Notes under the pieces: generated by a model
Told to the model about the DNA's origin: nothing
The model's database searches: none
Seen by the model: the letters and a program-made list of their open reading frames with translations, nothing else
DNA from: Methylomonas sp. EFPC3
Lineage (GTDB): Bacteria; Pseudomonadota; Gammaproteobacteria; Methylococcales; Methylomonadaceae
Length of the DNA: 64,000 bases
NCBI RefSeq assembly: GCF_029643245.1
Contig: NZ_CP116398.1
Span: 3,528,372 to 3,592,371 of the forward strand
Direction: 5' to 3'
Program-made: the position numbers and the translations under genes
Part shown: positions 21,730-31,489 of the stretch, piece after piece
Position numbering within the stretch: position 1 is the stretch's first letter
Layout of the letters: the number at the start of each line of letters is the position of its first letter

Positions 21730-21741
21730 AAGGTTTCCTCG

Positions 21742-22371
21742 TTAGTGGTGGTGGGTGTAACTCCGCATTTGTCCGACCAATACGCCTTGGATTTCCACTT
21801 GCTCGGGTTTGTAGCGCAGGGCCTGCATCGTGGAATTGGCGGGTATCAGCAAGGTTTCGTGCGGATATTGCTCGATGAATTTCAATGTGGCTTCGGTCTT
21901 GTCGACCAAGGCCACCACAATCTCGCCGTTACGGGCGTGGCTGCGTTGTTCGATGACGACCCAGTCGCCGTCGAAAATACCTTCCTCCAGCATCGAATCG
22001 CCTTTGACCTGCAACACATAACAGGATTTTCCGGTTTTCAACTGTTCCGGTACTGCCATGTAGGCGATGTTTTCGATGGCTTCGATCGGTTTGCCGGCGG
22101 CGATGTATCCGACGAAGGGCAATAGCTCGGAAGGCTCGCCCGGCTTGGTCATGGCCTTGGCGTATTCGGTCAAACGGATGCCGCGCTGTTTGCGCTCCGG
22201 CGCTTCGACCAAATTGGCGTCGATCAACGCCTTGATTTGGCTGTGCAGCGAGCCGCGCGATTTCAAACCCATTGCCGCGCAGAGTTCCTCCAGCGTTGGC
22301 GGATGGTTGAACTGTTCCTGGTTTTGCAGCAGGAAGTCGAAAATTTCTTGTTGTTTACGGGTAAGGTTCAT
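21742..22371 (-). CDS. lexA: LexA repressor
   Basis: MNLTRKQQEIFDFL wHTH N-terminus. S24 peptidase domain with Ala-Gly cleavage site and Ser/Lys dyad. The ORF track extends 13 codons upstream. Confidence 0.9.
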   Translation of the reverse strand: MNLTRKQQEIFDFLLQNQEQFNHPPTLEELCAAMGLKSRGSLHSQIKALIDANLVEAPERKQRGIRLTEYAKAMTKPGEPSELLPFVGYIAAGKPIEAIENIAYMAVPEQLKTGKSCYVLQVKGDSMLEEGIFDGDWVVIEQRSHARNGEIVVALVDKTEATLKFIEQYPHETLLIPANSTMQALRYKPEQVEIQGVLVGQMRSYTHHH

Positions 22372-22952
22372 TTTTGTTCTGTATTTGTTTTGTAAAAATG
22401 ATATATGCAAAACAAATGCAAAACAAACTATTTTTTCAGTTCACGCGAAATGTTAACTTTGTAGCAAATCCAACCTAAAATGCCGCGACCGGTGTCGGCC
22501 AAGTTGTCGCAAAGACTACAAAAAGGTGTCGTTATACCCGCGACCACGCCGGAATTGCACCAGCTTGGATCGCGCTTGCCCGTTTTTAGCACTATCGGAG
22601 TTTTTCGGTTCGGAATCGGAGCGATCGCCGCCCGGAAAAACGTATAGCGCTTCATGCTCGGCGGGTCGCAGGTATGGTTCGCAGCCGAATTCGCGTGTTG
22701 CGATCGGGTTTCGGTCACACTGCGCGGAAATGTTTTTAACGACAAAGCACTGCCCGCAAGCGGTGCTCAGGCCAGGTAAAGCCGGTGTTTGGTTCTGCCG
22801 GGAAAGCCGACGGCGTGAAATTGTTACGAGAATGTGCACCAATTAGGCAATTGGACTGAAATTTGCATGAATAGGATAAACAATCGACGCCTAAGCTAGT
22901 CGGCTGTTTTTCCGCCGCAGTCGCGGCTTGCATCCTCATCGGGGGGCCTATC

Positions 22953-24860
22953 ATGAAAAAATTTCTCATCCCGCTGTTCGTCCTGGCCGGTATCGCAATT
23001 GCACTGTTTGCCGCTTTCGATCCGACCTCTTCCGCCTATCACAAGCAAAACGACGAGTCTTACTCCGACTTCATTCTCGATGTCCGTAGTAAATCGGTCG
23101 CCGAGGTTGTGATCGACGGCCGTTCTATCCGCGGCCGACGCCATAACGGTAGCGAATTCAGCACCTACAACCCCGGCGATATGCGTATGATCGACGACTT
23201 GCTGGAATATGGCGTCAAAATCAAGGTTGAAAGGCCGGAAAACGAAATGAGTTTTCTGCAAATTTTCTACTCTTGGATTCCGACCCTGTTGTTGATTGCC
23301 GTATTGATTTATTTCATGCGTAAGCAGCAAATGGGAGCCGGCGGCCAAAACGCTTTTGGCAAAAGCCGCGCCAAATTAATGACGGAAGACCAGGTCAAGG
23401 TGCGTTTCGATGATGTCGCCGGCGCCGAGGAAGCCAAACAAGACGTGGTGGAATTGGTGGATTTCTTGAAAGACCCCGGTAAATACGAAGCGCTGGGCGG
23501 CAAGATTCCGCGCGGCGTATTGATGGTCGGCCCTCCGGGTACCGGTAAGACCTTGATTGCCAGAGCCATTGCCGGCGAGGCGGGTGTGCCGTTCTTCTCG
23601 ATCTCCGGTTCCGATTTCGTCGAAATGTTCGTTGGCGTCGGCGCTTCGCGTGTCCGCGACTTGTTCGAAAACGCCAAGAAGCGCGCGCCGTGCATCATTT
23701 TTATCGACGAAATCGACGCGGTCGGCCGCCAACGTAGTTCCGGGAATATGGGCGGAGCAGAAGAACGCGAACAAACCTTGAACCAATTGTTGGTGGAAAT
23801 GGACGGTTTCAACGGCAATGAAGGCATTATCGTCATCGCCGCCACCAACCGCGTCGACGTATTGGACAAAGCCTTACTGCGGCCGGGGCGCTTCGATCGC
23901 CAAGTGCAGGTCGGCTTGCCGGATATCAAAGGTCGTGAGCAAATCCTGAAAGTACATGCCGCCCGGGTGCCGCTGGCTGCCGATGTCGATATCAATGCGT
24001 TAGCTCGCGGTACCCCCGGATTCTCCGGGGCCGAACTGGCCAATCTGATCAACGAAGGCGCCTTGTTTGCCGCCCGCAACAACCAGCGGGAAGTGACCAT
24101 GAACGACTTGGACAAGGCGCGCGACAAAACCATCATGGGCGCGGAAAAACGCACGATGATCATGGGCCGCGAAGAACTGTTGATGACAGCCTACCATGAA
24201 GCCGGTCACGCCATCGTCGGTCGGCTGGTGCCGGAGCATGACCCGGTCTATAAAGTCAGCATCATGCCGCGCGGCGGCGCCTTGGGCATCACCATGTTCC
24301 TGCCGGAACGCGATCAATACAGCGCCAGCAAGGAAAAGCTGGAAGGCCAGATTTCCAGTCTGTTTGGCGGTCGGATCGCCGAGGCGCTGATTTACGGCAA
24401 AGACAAAGTCACTACCGGCGCCTCCAACGATATCCAGCGCGCCACCCAACTGGCGCGGAACATGGTGACCAAATGGGGTTTTTCCGACCGCTTGGGGCCG
24501 ATGGATTGCGGTGACAGCGATAGCGGCTATTTCGGGCCGCAGGCCAAGCCGATGTCGGAACAGATGGCTTTATTCGTCGACAAAGAAATTCGGCGGATGC
24601 TGTCCAGCAATTACCACCGCGCCGAAACCATCCTGAAGACGCATATCGATATTTTGCACAACATGGCTCAGGCCTTGCTGGATTGGGAAACTCTGGATAA
24701 GGGGCAGATCGATCAATTGATGAGGGGTAGAAAACTCTCACCGCCCAAGGTGGCGCCGGATAAGGCAAAAACCAACAAAACCAATATCGGATGGGGCGAG
24801 CCGGTCGGACCGTTACCGAACGGCGTCCCGGCGCTAGGCAGGACCCCGTTCCGGCATTGA
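22953..24860 (+). CDS. ftsH: ATP-dependent zinc metalloprotease FtsH
   Basis: 635 aa. Two TM helices, AAA module [11 protein letters not shown], and zinc motif HEAGH. Confidence 0.95.
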   Translation: MKKFLIPLFVLAGIAIALFAAFDPTSSAYHKQNDESYSDFILDVRSKSVAEVVIDGRSIRGRRHNGSEFSTYNPGDMRMIDDLLEYGVKIKVERPENEMSFLQIFYSWIPTLLLIAVLIYFMRKQQMGAGGQNAFGKSRAKLMTEDQVKVRFDDVAGAEEAKQDVVELVDFLKDPGKYEALGGKIPRGVLMVGPPGTGKTLIARAIAGEAGVPFFSISGSDFVEMFVGVGASRVRDLFENAKKRAPCIIFIDEIDAVGRQRSSGNMGGAEEREQTLNQLLVEMDGFNGNEGIIVIAATNRVDVLDKALLRPGRFDRQVQVGLPDIKGREQILKVHAARVPLAADVDINALARGTPGFSGAELANLINEGALFAARNNQREVTMNDLDKARDKTIMGAEKRTMIMGREELLMTAYHEAGHAIVGRLVPEHDPVYKVSIMPRGGALGITMFLPERDQYSASKEKLEGQISSLFGGRIAEALIYGKDKVTTGASNDIQRATQLARNMVTKWGFSDRLGPMDCGDSDSGYFGPQAKPMSEQMALFVDKEIRRMLSSNYHRAETILKTHIDILHNMAQALLDWETLDKGQIDQLMRGRKLSPPKVAPDKAKTNKTNIGWGEPVGPLPNGVPALGRTPFRH

Positions 24861-24872
24861 TTTAGGGCAGTC

Positions 24873-24908
24873 CGGACATAAAAAAACCGGTATCGGTGAC
24901 ACCGATAC
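24873..24908. terminator. Bidirectional rho-independent terminator between ftsH and petC
   Basis: aaaaaaaccggtatcggtgacaccgataccggttttttg: perfect GC stem flanked by an A-tract and a T-tract. Confidence 0.8.
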
Positions 24909-24934
24909 CGGTTTTTTGCGGTCTGGCGGAGCGT

Positions 24935-25657
24935 TTAGTGTACGTCTTTCCAGTATTCCTTTTTCAACAGGTAGGCCAAGACGATGAACATCAAGATAAA
25001 AAACAACACGTATTTACCCATTTGTTGCCGTTCCAGTTGTACCGGCTCGCCGACGTAGACCAGGAAATTGACCAGGTCGTTGACCAATTTGTCGAACTCT
25101 TTCGGCGACAATTGACCCGGTTGTTCCAAGTGCAGGCCGGTTACCATCTCCTGGCCCTCAACTTTGTGGATTTCGGCCGCTTGGCTGCCCTGCAATTGCC
25201 AGAACACATTGGGCATGCCCACATCCTTGAACACTGCGTTATTCACGCCCAACGGTTTCGATGGATCGTTGTAGAAGCTGCGCAGATAGCTGTATAGCCA
25301 GTCGGCGCCGCGAGAGCGGGCGATCAGCGACAAATCCGGCGGCGTGGTGCCGAACCATTTCTCTGCATCGTGCGCATTCATTGCCGAATGCATCTGATCG
25401 TAGATGCCGGCGCCCAACGGCGCGACGTTTTTCAAGATTTCCGCTTCGTCCAGTTTCAAATCCAGCGCGATACGTTTGTAACGGATATGCTTGGCCGAAT
25501 GGCAGCCCAAGCAGTAGGTCACGTAATGTTTCGCACCGCGTTCCAGTGATTGGATGTCGCTCAGATCGATGTCGGCGCTGTCCAGTTTGATGCCGCCGCC
25601 GCTGGCCAGTACGTTGAAAGGCAGCAAAAACAAAAGAGTGTAGAGTGTCTTTTTCAT
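24935..25657 (-). CDS. petC: Cytochrome c1 (bc1 complex)
   Basis: 240 aa. Signal peptide, CLGCH heme motif, and a C-terminal TM anchor. Confidence 0.9.
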   Translation of the reverse strand: MKKTLYTLLFLLPFNVLASGGGIKLDSADIDLSDIQSLERGAKHYVTYCLGCHSAKHIRYKRIALDLKLDEAEILKNVAPLGAGIYDQMHSAMNAHDAEKWFGTTPPDLSLIARSRGADWLYSYLRSFYNDPSKPLGVNNAVFKDVGMPNVFWQLQGSQAAEIHKVEGQEMVTGLHLEQPGQLSPKEFDKLVNDLVNFLVYVGEPVQLERQQMGKYVLFFILMFIVLAYLLKKEYWKDVH

Positions 25658-25660
25658 GGC

Positions 25661-27058
25661 TTAGTCCAGGCTCTTTTTCAGGTTCTTTGCAAAACGAATC
25701 AGCACGGCTTGAATACCGGACCAGTTCGGGCCTTTTTTCGGAATCGTACCGCCCAAATTATCGGGAACCTGACGGACCTCCACCACTTCTTCGATCAATG
25801 CCTTGACGGCCGGAATCCGGTCTTCCAGCGTCGGTTGCGGAGTCAGATGCTCCGGTACCGGCTTGGTTTTTTCCCAGCGGGTGTATAACGGCATCAACAG
25901 GAAGAAGCCGAAATAAACCGCAGTTAATACCCGGGCTACCATTGTGGCGCCGGGTGTGGCTGGTTGCGTACCCAGATAGCCCAGGCCTACGAAGGCGATG
26001 ACGAACAACAGCACCGCTTTTTTGAACAGGCCGCCACGGTAGCGGATGGATTTGACCGGGCTACGGTCCAGCCAAGGCAGCATGAACAGCACGACGATGG
26101 CGCCGCCCATGGCGATGACGCCGGCGAACTTATCCGGCACCGCACGCAAAATTGCGTAGAACGGGGTGAAATACCAGACCGGGGCGATATGTTCCGGCGT
26201 TTTTAAAGGGTCGGCCGGAATGAAGTTGGCGTGTTCCAGGAAGAAGCCGCCCATTTCCGGCATGTAGAAAATTACCGTCGCAAAGAAGAACATGAACACG
26301 CCGACGCCGACGATATCCTTGACGGTGTAGTAGGGATGGAACGGAATGCCGTCGACCGGGTTGCCTTTCCAGTTCAGGTTTTTCTTAATCTCGACGCCGT
26401 CCGGGTTGTTAGAGCCGACTTCGTGCAGTGCGACGATGTGCAGGAATACCAGGATCAGCAACACCAGCGGCACGGCAATGACGTGAAAGGCGAAGAAGCG
26501 GTTCAACGTCGCATCGGAGACCACGTAGTCGCCGCGTATCCACAGCGACAATTCGTCGCCGATCACCGGGATTGCGCTGAACAGCGAGATGATTACCTGT
26601 GCGCCCCAGTAGGACATCTGACCCCATGGCAGCAGATAGCCCATGAAGGCTTCGGCCATCAGGCAGACGAAAATCAGCATGCCGAAGATCCAGATCAGCT
26701 CGCGCGGTTGCTTGAACGAGCCGTAAACCAAGCCGCGGAACATGTGCAGATAGACCACGATGAAGAACGCCGAGGCGCCGGTGGAGTGCATGTAGCGCAC
26801 CAGCCAACCCCAGTTGACATCGCGCATGATGTATTCGACCGAGTCGAACGCCAGTTTGGCGTCCGGTTTGTAGTTCATCGTCAGCAGAATGCCGGTGACG
26901 AACTGGTTGACCAGTACCAGCAGCGCCAGCGAGCCGAAAAAGTACCAGATATTAAAATTTTTCGGCGCGTAGTAATGCGCCATGTGTTCGTTCCACAAAT
27001 CGGAGAGTGGAAACCGCTCCAACAGCCAGTCGCTGTATTGATTCATTTTTTGCTTCAT
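25661..27058 (-). CDS. petB: Cytochrome b (bc1 complex)
   Basis: 465 aa polytopic protein with conserved His ligands. Typical cytochrome b sequence. Confidence 0.9.
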   Translation of the reverse strand: MKQKMNQYSDWLLERFPLSDLWNEHMAHYYAPKNFNIWYFFGSLALLVLVNQFVTGILLTMNYKPDAKLAFDSVEYIMRDVNWGWLVRYMHSTGASAFFIVVYLHMFRGLVYGSFKQPRELIWIFGMLIFVCLMAEAFMGYLLPWGQMSYWGAQVIISLFSAIPVIGDELSLWIRGDYVVSDATLNRFFAFHVIAVPLVLLILVFLHIVALHEVGSNNPDGVEIKKNLNWKGNPVDGIPFHPYYTVKDIVGVGVFMFFFATVIFYMPEMGGFFLEHANFIPADPLKTPEHIAPVWYFTPFYAILRAVPDKFAGVIAMGGAIVVLFMLPWLDRSPVKSIRYRGGLFKKAVLLFVIAFVGLGYLGTQPATPGATMVARVLTAVYFGFFLLMPLYTRWEKTKPVPEHLTPQPTLEDRIPAVKALIEEVVEVRQVPDNLGGTIPKKGPNWSGIQAVLIRFAKNLKKSLD

Positions 27059-27654
27059 GCTGCTTTAGCCTCGCTGTCTTCGCCGATGACGATCAGATTG
27101 TCGGTTTCATACCGGTAGGGCGGAATTTCCAGATTGGTCGGCGCGGGTACGCCGCGGAATACGCGACCGGCCAAATCGAACCAGGAGCCGTGGCAGGGGC
27201 AGAAGAAACCGCCTTTCCAGTCGTTACCCAAATCGGCGGGGGCGATTTCCGGGCGGAAGGTGGGCGAGCAGCCCAAATGAGTGCACAGTCCGATCGCGAC
27301 AAAAACTTCCGGCTTGATCGAGCGCACCGAGTTTTTGCTGTTCTCGGGTTGGAGGGATTCGTTGGACACCGGATCGGCCAGTTTGCTGTCCAGCGTGGCC
27401 AGCGTCGTCAACACTTCCGGAGTACGGTTCAGGACCCATACCGGTTTGCCGCGCCAAGCCACCCGGATCAATTGGCCGGGCTCCATTTTACTGATGTCGA
27501 CCTCGACCGGTGCGCCTGCCGCCATGGCTTTGGCGCTGGGCTGCATTTGCGAGAGGAAGGGCACCGCCAGATATCCGGCACCCACGGCTCCAACCACCGA
27601 CAGCGCCGAGGTCAGAAATTGGCGCTTTGACGTATCGACGCCTTCTTGATTCAT
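27055..27654 (-). CDS. petA: Ubiquinol-cytochrome c reductase Rieske iron-sulfur subunit
   Basis: 199 aa. Tat-like signal and Rieske boxes CTHLGC...CPCHGS. Confidence 0.9.
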   Translation of the reverse strand: MNQEGVDTSKRQFLTSALSVVGAVGAGYLAVPFLSQMQPSAKAMAAGAPVEVDISKMEPGQLIRVAWRGKPVWVLNRTPEVLTTLATLDSKLADPVSNESLQPENSKNSVRSIKPEVFVAIGLCTHLGCSPTFRPEIAPADLGNDWKGGFFCPCHGSWFDLAGRVFRGVPAPTNLEIPPYRYETDNLIVIGEDSEAKAA

Positions 27655-27785
27655 AAAACATACTCCTGTTGCGTGACGATGTATTTTTTAGAGCTACATC
27701 AATTTTTATAATTGTCCGGCAAATATACCTTACTGGCCGTGTTTATTGAAACTGTTATTGCGCGGGGGCTGCGGCGCTTATCGGC

Positions 27786-28865
27786 CTAGGCCAGCGCGGC
27801 ATTCAGGGCCTGCAAAAAGGCCTGGTTTTCCTCCGGTTTGCCTATCGTCGCCCGCAAGCAGTTTTCCAACATTCCGCCCTGCGGGGACAGGTTCTTGATC
27901 AGCACGCCTTGCTGTTTCAAACCGGCAAAGACCGCATCCGCCGGTTTCGTCAGCGTGCGGAATAAAATGAAATTGGCCGCACTGGGGTAAGCTTTGACCG
28001 AATCCATGGTTTGTAAGGCCTGCATGACAATGCCGCGCTGTTCGCGAATCAGTTGGGTTTGGTCCAATAGAAACTGCGGATGGTCCAGCGCAAAACATGC
28101 AGTGGCCTGGGTCAGGCAGTTGATGTTGTAAGGCAGCCGGACTTTGTTCAGTTGTGCCAGCAAGGCGGGCGGGCCGGCCAGAAATCCCAGCCGCAAACCG
28201 GCCAGGCCCAGTTTGGAAACCGTGCGCATTACCAATAGATTGTCGTGTTGCGGCAACTGTTCGATGAAGCTGGCGTCGGCAAACGGCGCATAGGCCTCGT
28301 CCACCACCACCACGCCCGGCGCAGCGGCCAGGATCGCTTCGATAGCCGCCGGATCGAACAGATTGCCGGTCGGATTATTGGGATAGGCCAGGAAAATTAC
28401 GGCCGGTTGTTCGGTTTCGATGGTGGCCAGCATCGCCGGCAAATCCAGATCGAAGCTTTCTGCCAATAACGGCACGCCGCGGTAGCGCAAACCCAGGCTG
28501 AGGGCGATTTGCTTATACATAACAAAGCCGGGCTCGGGTGCCAACACGGCAGCTGTATTGGGCAGGGCCATCAGCAGGATTTGAATGATTTCGTCGGACC
28601 CGTTGCCGAGCAAAATGGCGGAGTCTTCCGGAATGGCGTTGCTGCGACGTAGTGCTGCGGCCAAGTCCTTCGCTTCCGGATCCGGATAGCGGTTCAGCGG
28701 ACAGGATTTCAGATGCTCCAGCCAGGTTTGTTGGATTTCATCCGGCCATGAATAGGGGTTTTCCATCGCGTCGAGTTTGATGTAATTGCTGGCGTCGGCG
28801 ACATGATACGCCGACAGCGCGAGGACTTCGCGGCGGAATAGGGTTTCGAGCGGTGGGAGCGGCAT
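27786..28865 (-). CDS. hisC: Histidinol-phosphate aminotransferase
   Basis: Class II aminotransferase. Start chosen at MPLPPLE; the ORF track allows 17 extra codons upstream. Confidence 0.8.
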   Translation of the reverse strand: MPLPPLETLFRREVLALSAYHVADASNYIKLDAMENPYSWPDEIQQTWLEHLKSCPLNRYPDPEAKDLAAALRRSNAIPEDSAILLGNGSDEIIQILLMALPNTAAVLAPEPGFVMYKQIALSLGLRYRGVPLLAESFDLDLPAMLATIETEQPAVIFLAYPNNPTGNLFDPAAIEAILAAAPGVVVVDEAYAPFADASFIEQLPQHDNLLVMRTVSKLGLAGLRLGFLAGPPALLAQLNKVRLPYNINCLTQATACFALDHPQFLLDQTQLIREQRGIVMQALQTMDSVKAYPSAANFILFRTLTKPADAVFAGLKQQGVLIKNLSPQGGMLENCLRATIGKPEENQAFLQALNAALA

Positions 28866-29145
28866 AGTGTTAAATCCGGCGGCATTGGAACGGGCGGCGG
28901 TTGGTCCTGGTTGCAAGCAGGCGGCCGCGGGGCAAAAAGTCGGCGGATTTTAACAAAGCGAGGGACGAAAGCGTAACCTTGCAAACCAGCCATCCAGCGT
29001 CCCCGTTGACGCGAATCGCCTGCTTCACTGCAGGCAAATCGGCGCGCGGATTTTAACACCGCATTGCTGCGCTCGCAAAGCCGGCTTGCTCAAGAGTTCA
29101 TAAGGTGTTTGCGGCTGCAAACGTCTATTTCAAACGGCGCTCACT

Positions 29146-30657
29146 TTAACCGCAATACACTTCGTCCTGTTCGATCAGAAACAACACCCAGGAAAATTGG
29201 CCGGTGCTGATTTTGCTGCCGCAGTAACCGCATTCGCCGCTTTGGCCCATGTTGTCGGCCGGCGCGCCGCAGCTGGGGCATTGGCTCAGGCTGTAGGGTT
29301 TGTCTTGGCGCTCCTTACCGCTACGGCGGACGAAGGTCCAGTATTCTGAAAAACGCCTGAGCGATGTTTTCGAACCGCCGACGATCTTGCCGGCGGCGTC
29401 TTCGGTGTAGTCGTTACAGGCGGCGAAGATGCGTACCGTGATGGCCTCGTAAAATTTGTCGCTGTCGATTTTCGCCAGCACGATTTGCTCGATACGCAGA
29501 TGCTCCAGTCGGTTGAACCAGCCGCGTTCGACATACATTTTCTGCCAGAAGGCATTGGTTTCGTAGAGCCGGTCCGATAACAGGTGCCGCGCCGCCTGCC
29601 AGTCGCGCCGGCTCCAGTGGCCGTATATCGCCGCAAAATAATTGCGTACCACGTCGTTCTCGAACGGCAACCAGAATTGCTGCCACTCGCCGATGCCGTA
29701 ACGCTGCTGCCAGCGGTTCATCTGTTCGATCAGGTCGGCTTGCTTGACCGTGATGGCTTGCGTGCCCTGCTCTTCGGCGTACGCCGCCAGTCCTTCCACA
29801 GCCGGCACCGCATGGGTGGCGACCACGACCCTTTTGCCCAGGCACCACTGCGCGTCGCCCTTTTGCACGCTGGCGCCGCAATAACCGCAGACGCCGGCGT
29901 CGGTGAAATGGGCCGGCGCGCCGCATTGCGGACAGTTCACGCTTTGTATTTTCTCCGGTTCCCCCGATAACAGGCCTTTGCGCCGGTAAAACTGCCAGCG
30001 CTCGACCACGGCATAGCGCGAACGCTGGTCCTGCAAATCCAAGGTGTAATTGGCGTCGAATTCGACGGTAATCGTGTCGGTATCGCTGCCGGCAGTTTTG
30101 ATCTCCAGCCAACGCAGACTGTTGACGACGATTTCGCTGACGGTCCAGGGTTGCGAGCGTTGGAAATGGCCTTGCAACTCGGCGCTCAAGAACGGCGACA
30201 GGTAGCTGAACTCCGGCTTGGTGGAATATTCGTAGAATTTGCAGTAGAGCGAATGGGCGAAATCCAAAAACACCACCGCGGAGAAATTGGCGCCGGCCTG
30301 TTTCAATGCCGCGATTTGCTCGGCAATGCTTTGTTGGCGTTGGGCGCGGTATTGCGCCGGCGGGGCCGTCACCATGCTCCTAGCCCCGGCTTGGCTGCGA
30401 AGCACGATGATAACAATCACGACGATGATGATGAACAAAATCAAGGCTTCCAGCGACGACATCGGATGGGCGCTGCCGGACGAGCTGCCGGAGCTGTCGT
30501 GCGTGCTCCAACTGGAGCCGGAATGCGACCAGCCGCCGGAGCTGTGCGAACTCGACGAACTGTGCGAGCTGCTGGAATGACCGCCGCCTGGCCGGGCCGG
30601 CAACGGTGGAGAAATGGCCAGACCGGCCAGTGCCAGGAGCAATAGCCACTTTTTCAT
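29146..30657 (-). CDS. Exported membrane-anchored protein with Ser/His-rich linker and 2x (Tim44-like NTF2-fold domain + CPxCG..CGYCG zinc ribbon)
   Basis: 503 aa from MKKWLLLLALAGLA. Signal peptide, about 45-aa S/H/G low-complexity stretch, TM helix ALILFIIIVVIVIIVL, then two repeated units ending in VNCPQCGAPA..GVCGYCG and SQCPSCGAPA..GECGYCG. The ORF track extends 194 aa over the upstream gene in another frame, which is read-through. Confidence 0.6.
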   Translation of the reverse strand: MKKWLLLLALAGLAISPPLPARPGGGHSSSSHSSSSSHSSGGWSHSGSSWSTHDSSGSSSGSAHPMSSLEALILFIIIVVIVIIVLRSQAGARSMVTAPPAQYRAQRQQSIAEQIAALKQAGANFSAVVFLDFAHSLYCKFYEYSTKPEFSYLSPFLSAELQGHFQRSQPWTVSEIVVNSLRWLEIKTAGSDTDTITVEFDANYTLDLQDQRSRYAVVERWQFYRRKGLLSGEPEKIQSVNCPQCGAPAHFTDAGVCGYCGASVQKGDAQWCLGKRVVVATHAVPAVEGLAAYAEEQGTQAITVKQADLIEQMNRWQQRYGIGEWQQFWLPFENDVVRNYFAAIYGHWSRRDWQAARHLLSDRLYETNAFWQKMYVERGWFNRLEHLRIEQIVLAKIDSDKFYEAITVRIFAACNDYTEDAAGKIVGGSKTSLRRFSEYWTFVRRSGKERQDKPYSLSQCPSCGAPADNMGQSGECGYCGSKISTGQFSWVLFLIEQDEVYCG

Positions 30658-31277
30658 AGGTCGATATCCAGCCGGTCCGGCAGTTCGTTGATGTCGCCAG
30701 CGCGCACCGGCAGGTAGCGGGCGAACGCGGCAGCCGTTTTTTCCAGCGCCTGCAGCAGACACTGTTCCGGTTGGCGCTCGGCGAAGATCCGGTCGAACTC
30801 GCTTTGCAATTCCTGCCATATCGCAAGCGGGATGGCCAGCTCCAAGCCGCGGTCCGGCAACAGAAACACCCGCCGTTCCAGCAACGAGCAATACACCAGA
30901 AAGCCGGTTTTGTCCCGAGTATGTTGAATCCCGCCTTTCTGGAAAATGGCTCTGGCCATGATTTCGACGCGCTTGTCCCGCGTCGACCGCCTGACGCTGC
31001 AGCGTTTGACCGCCGGCAGCGAACCGACGCCATAGGCGAGCGCAAACATCGCCAGCGGCGCGTAATAGACCAGCCAATTCTCGAAATAAACCGGCGCGTA
31101 CATTATCAGGGTGAAAGCCAACCAGGCCGCGGCCAAGCCCCATAGCAACGGTACCGCGGCATAGTCGCCGGATCGGGCGCGAAACACCACTACCGCTTCG
31201 GCCTGCGAACCGTTTTCCAGGCTTTTGATCGCGTCCCACAGCCGGCTTTGGTAGGCCGGCGCCAAATACTGTTTCAT
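30654..31277 (-). CDS. Membrane protein with TPM-like (TLP18.3/Psb32/MOLO-1) region
   Basis: 208 aa from MKQYLAPAY. Two TM helices. EAVVVF and GFLVYCSLLERRVFLLPDRGLE resemble the TPM domain. Stop overlaps the downstream ATG. Confidence 0.5.
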   Translation of the reverse strand: MKQYLAPAYQSRLWDAIKSLENGSQAEAVVVFRARSGDYAAVPLLWGLAAAWLAFTLIMYAPVYFENWLVYYAPLAMFALAYGVGSLPAVKRCSVRRSTRDKRVEIMARAIFQKGGIQHTRDKTGFLVYCSLLERRVFLLPDRGLELAIPLAIWQELQSEFDRIFAERQPEQCLLQALEKTAAAFARYLPVRAGDINELPDRLDIDL

Positions 31278-31489
31278 AGGCTTGTTCCAGCTTGATCTAT
31301 ACTCAGAGTTGCCGCTTGGTACTTCTAATAGCCTCGGTTGCGGCCGGGGCATGGCAGGCAAATCCGTTCTGCGGCTAAGTCTAGTCGTTTTGCAGAATGG
31401 TGTTGTTCACCGGGAGTGTGCCGATCTGATGGCGGCGGTGGCGCGACGCGCCATCGGACACCCAATTCAAAAATCCACAGGAGACTCTC

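Noticed and set aside
22372-22440. Possible CRISPR-like direct repeats (ttgttttgca) or a canonical LexA box
   Set aside because: Only two short direct repeats without spacers or cas genes. No CTGT-N8-ACAG match, so it is reported only as a candidate non-canonical operator.
30658-31239. N-terminal 194-aa extension of the 29146..31239 ORF
   Set aside because: It runs in a different frame across the upstream TPM-like gene and has junk-like composition. A signal-peptide ATG with the ATGA junction at 30657 is the biological start.
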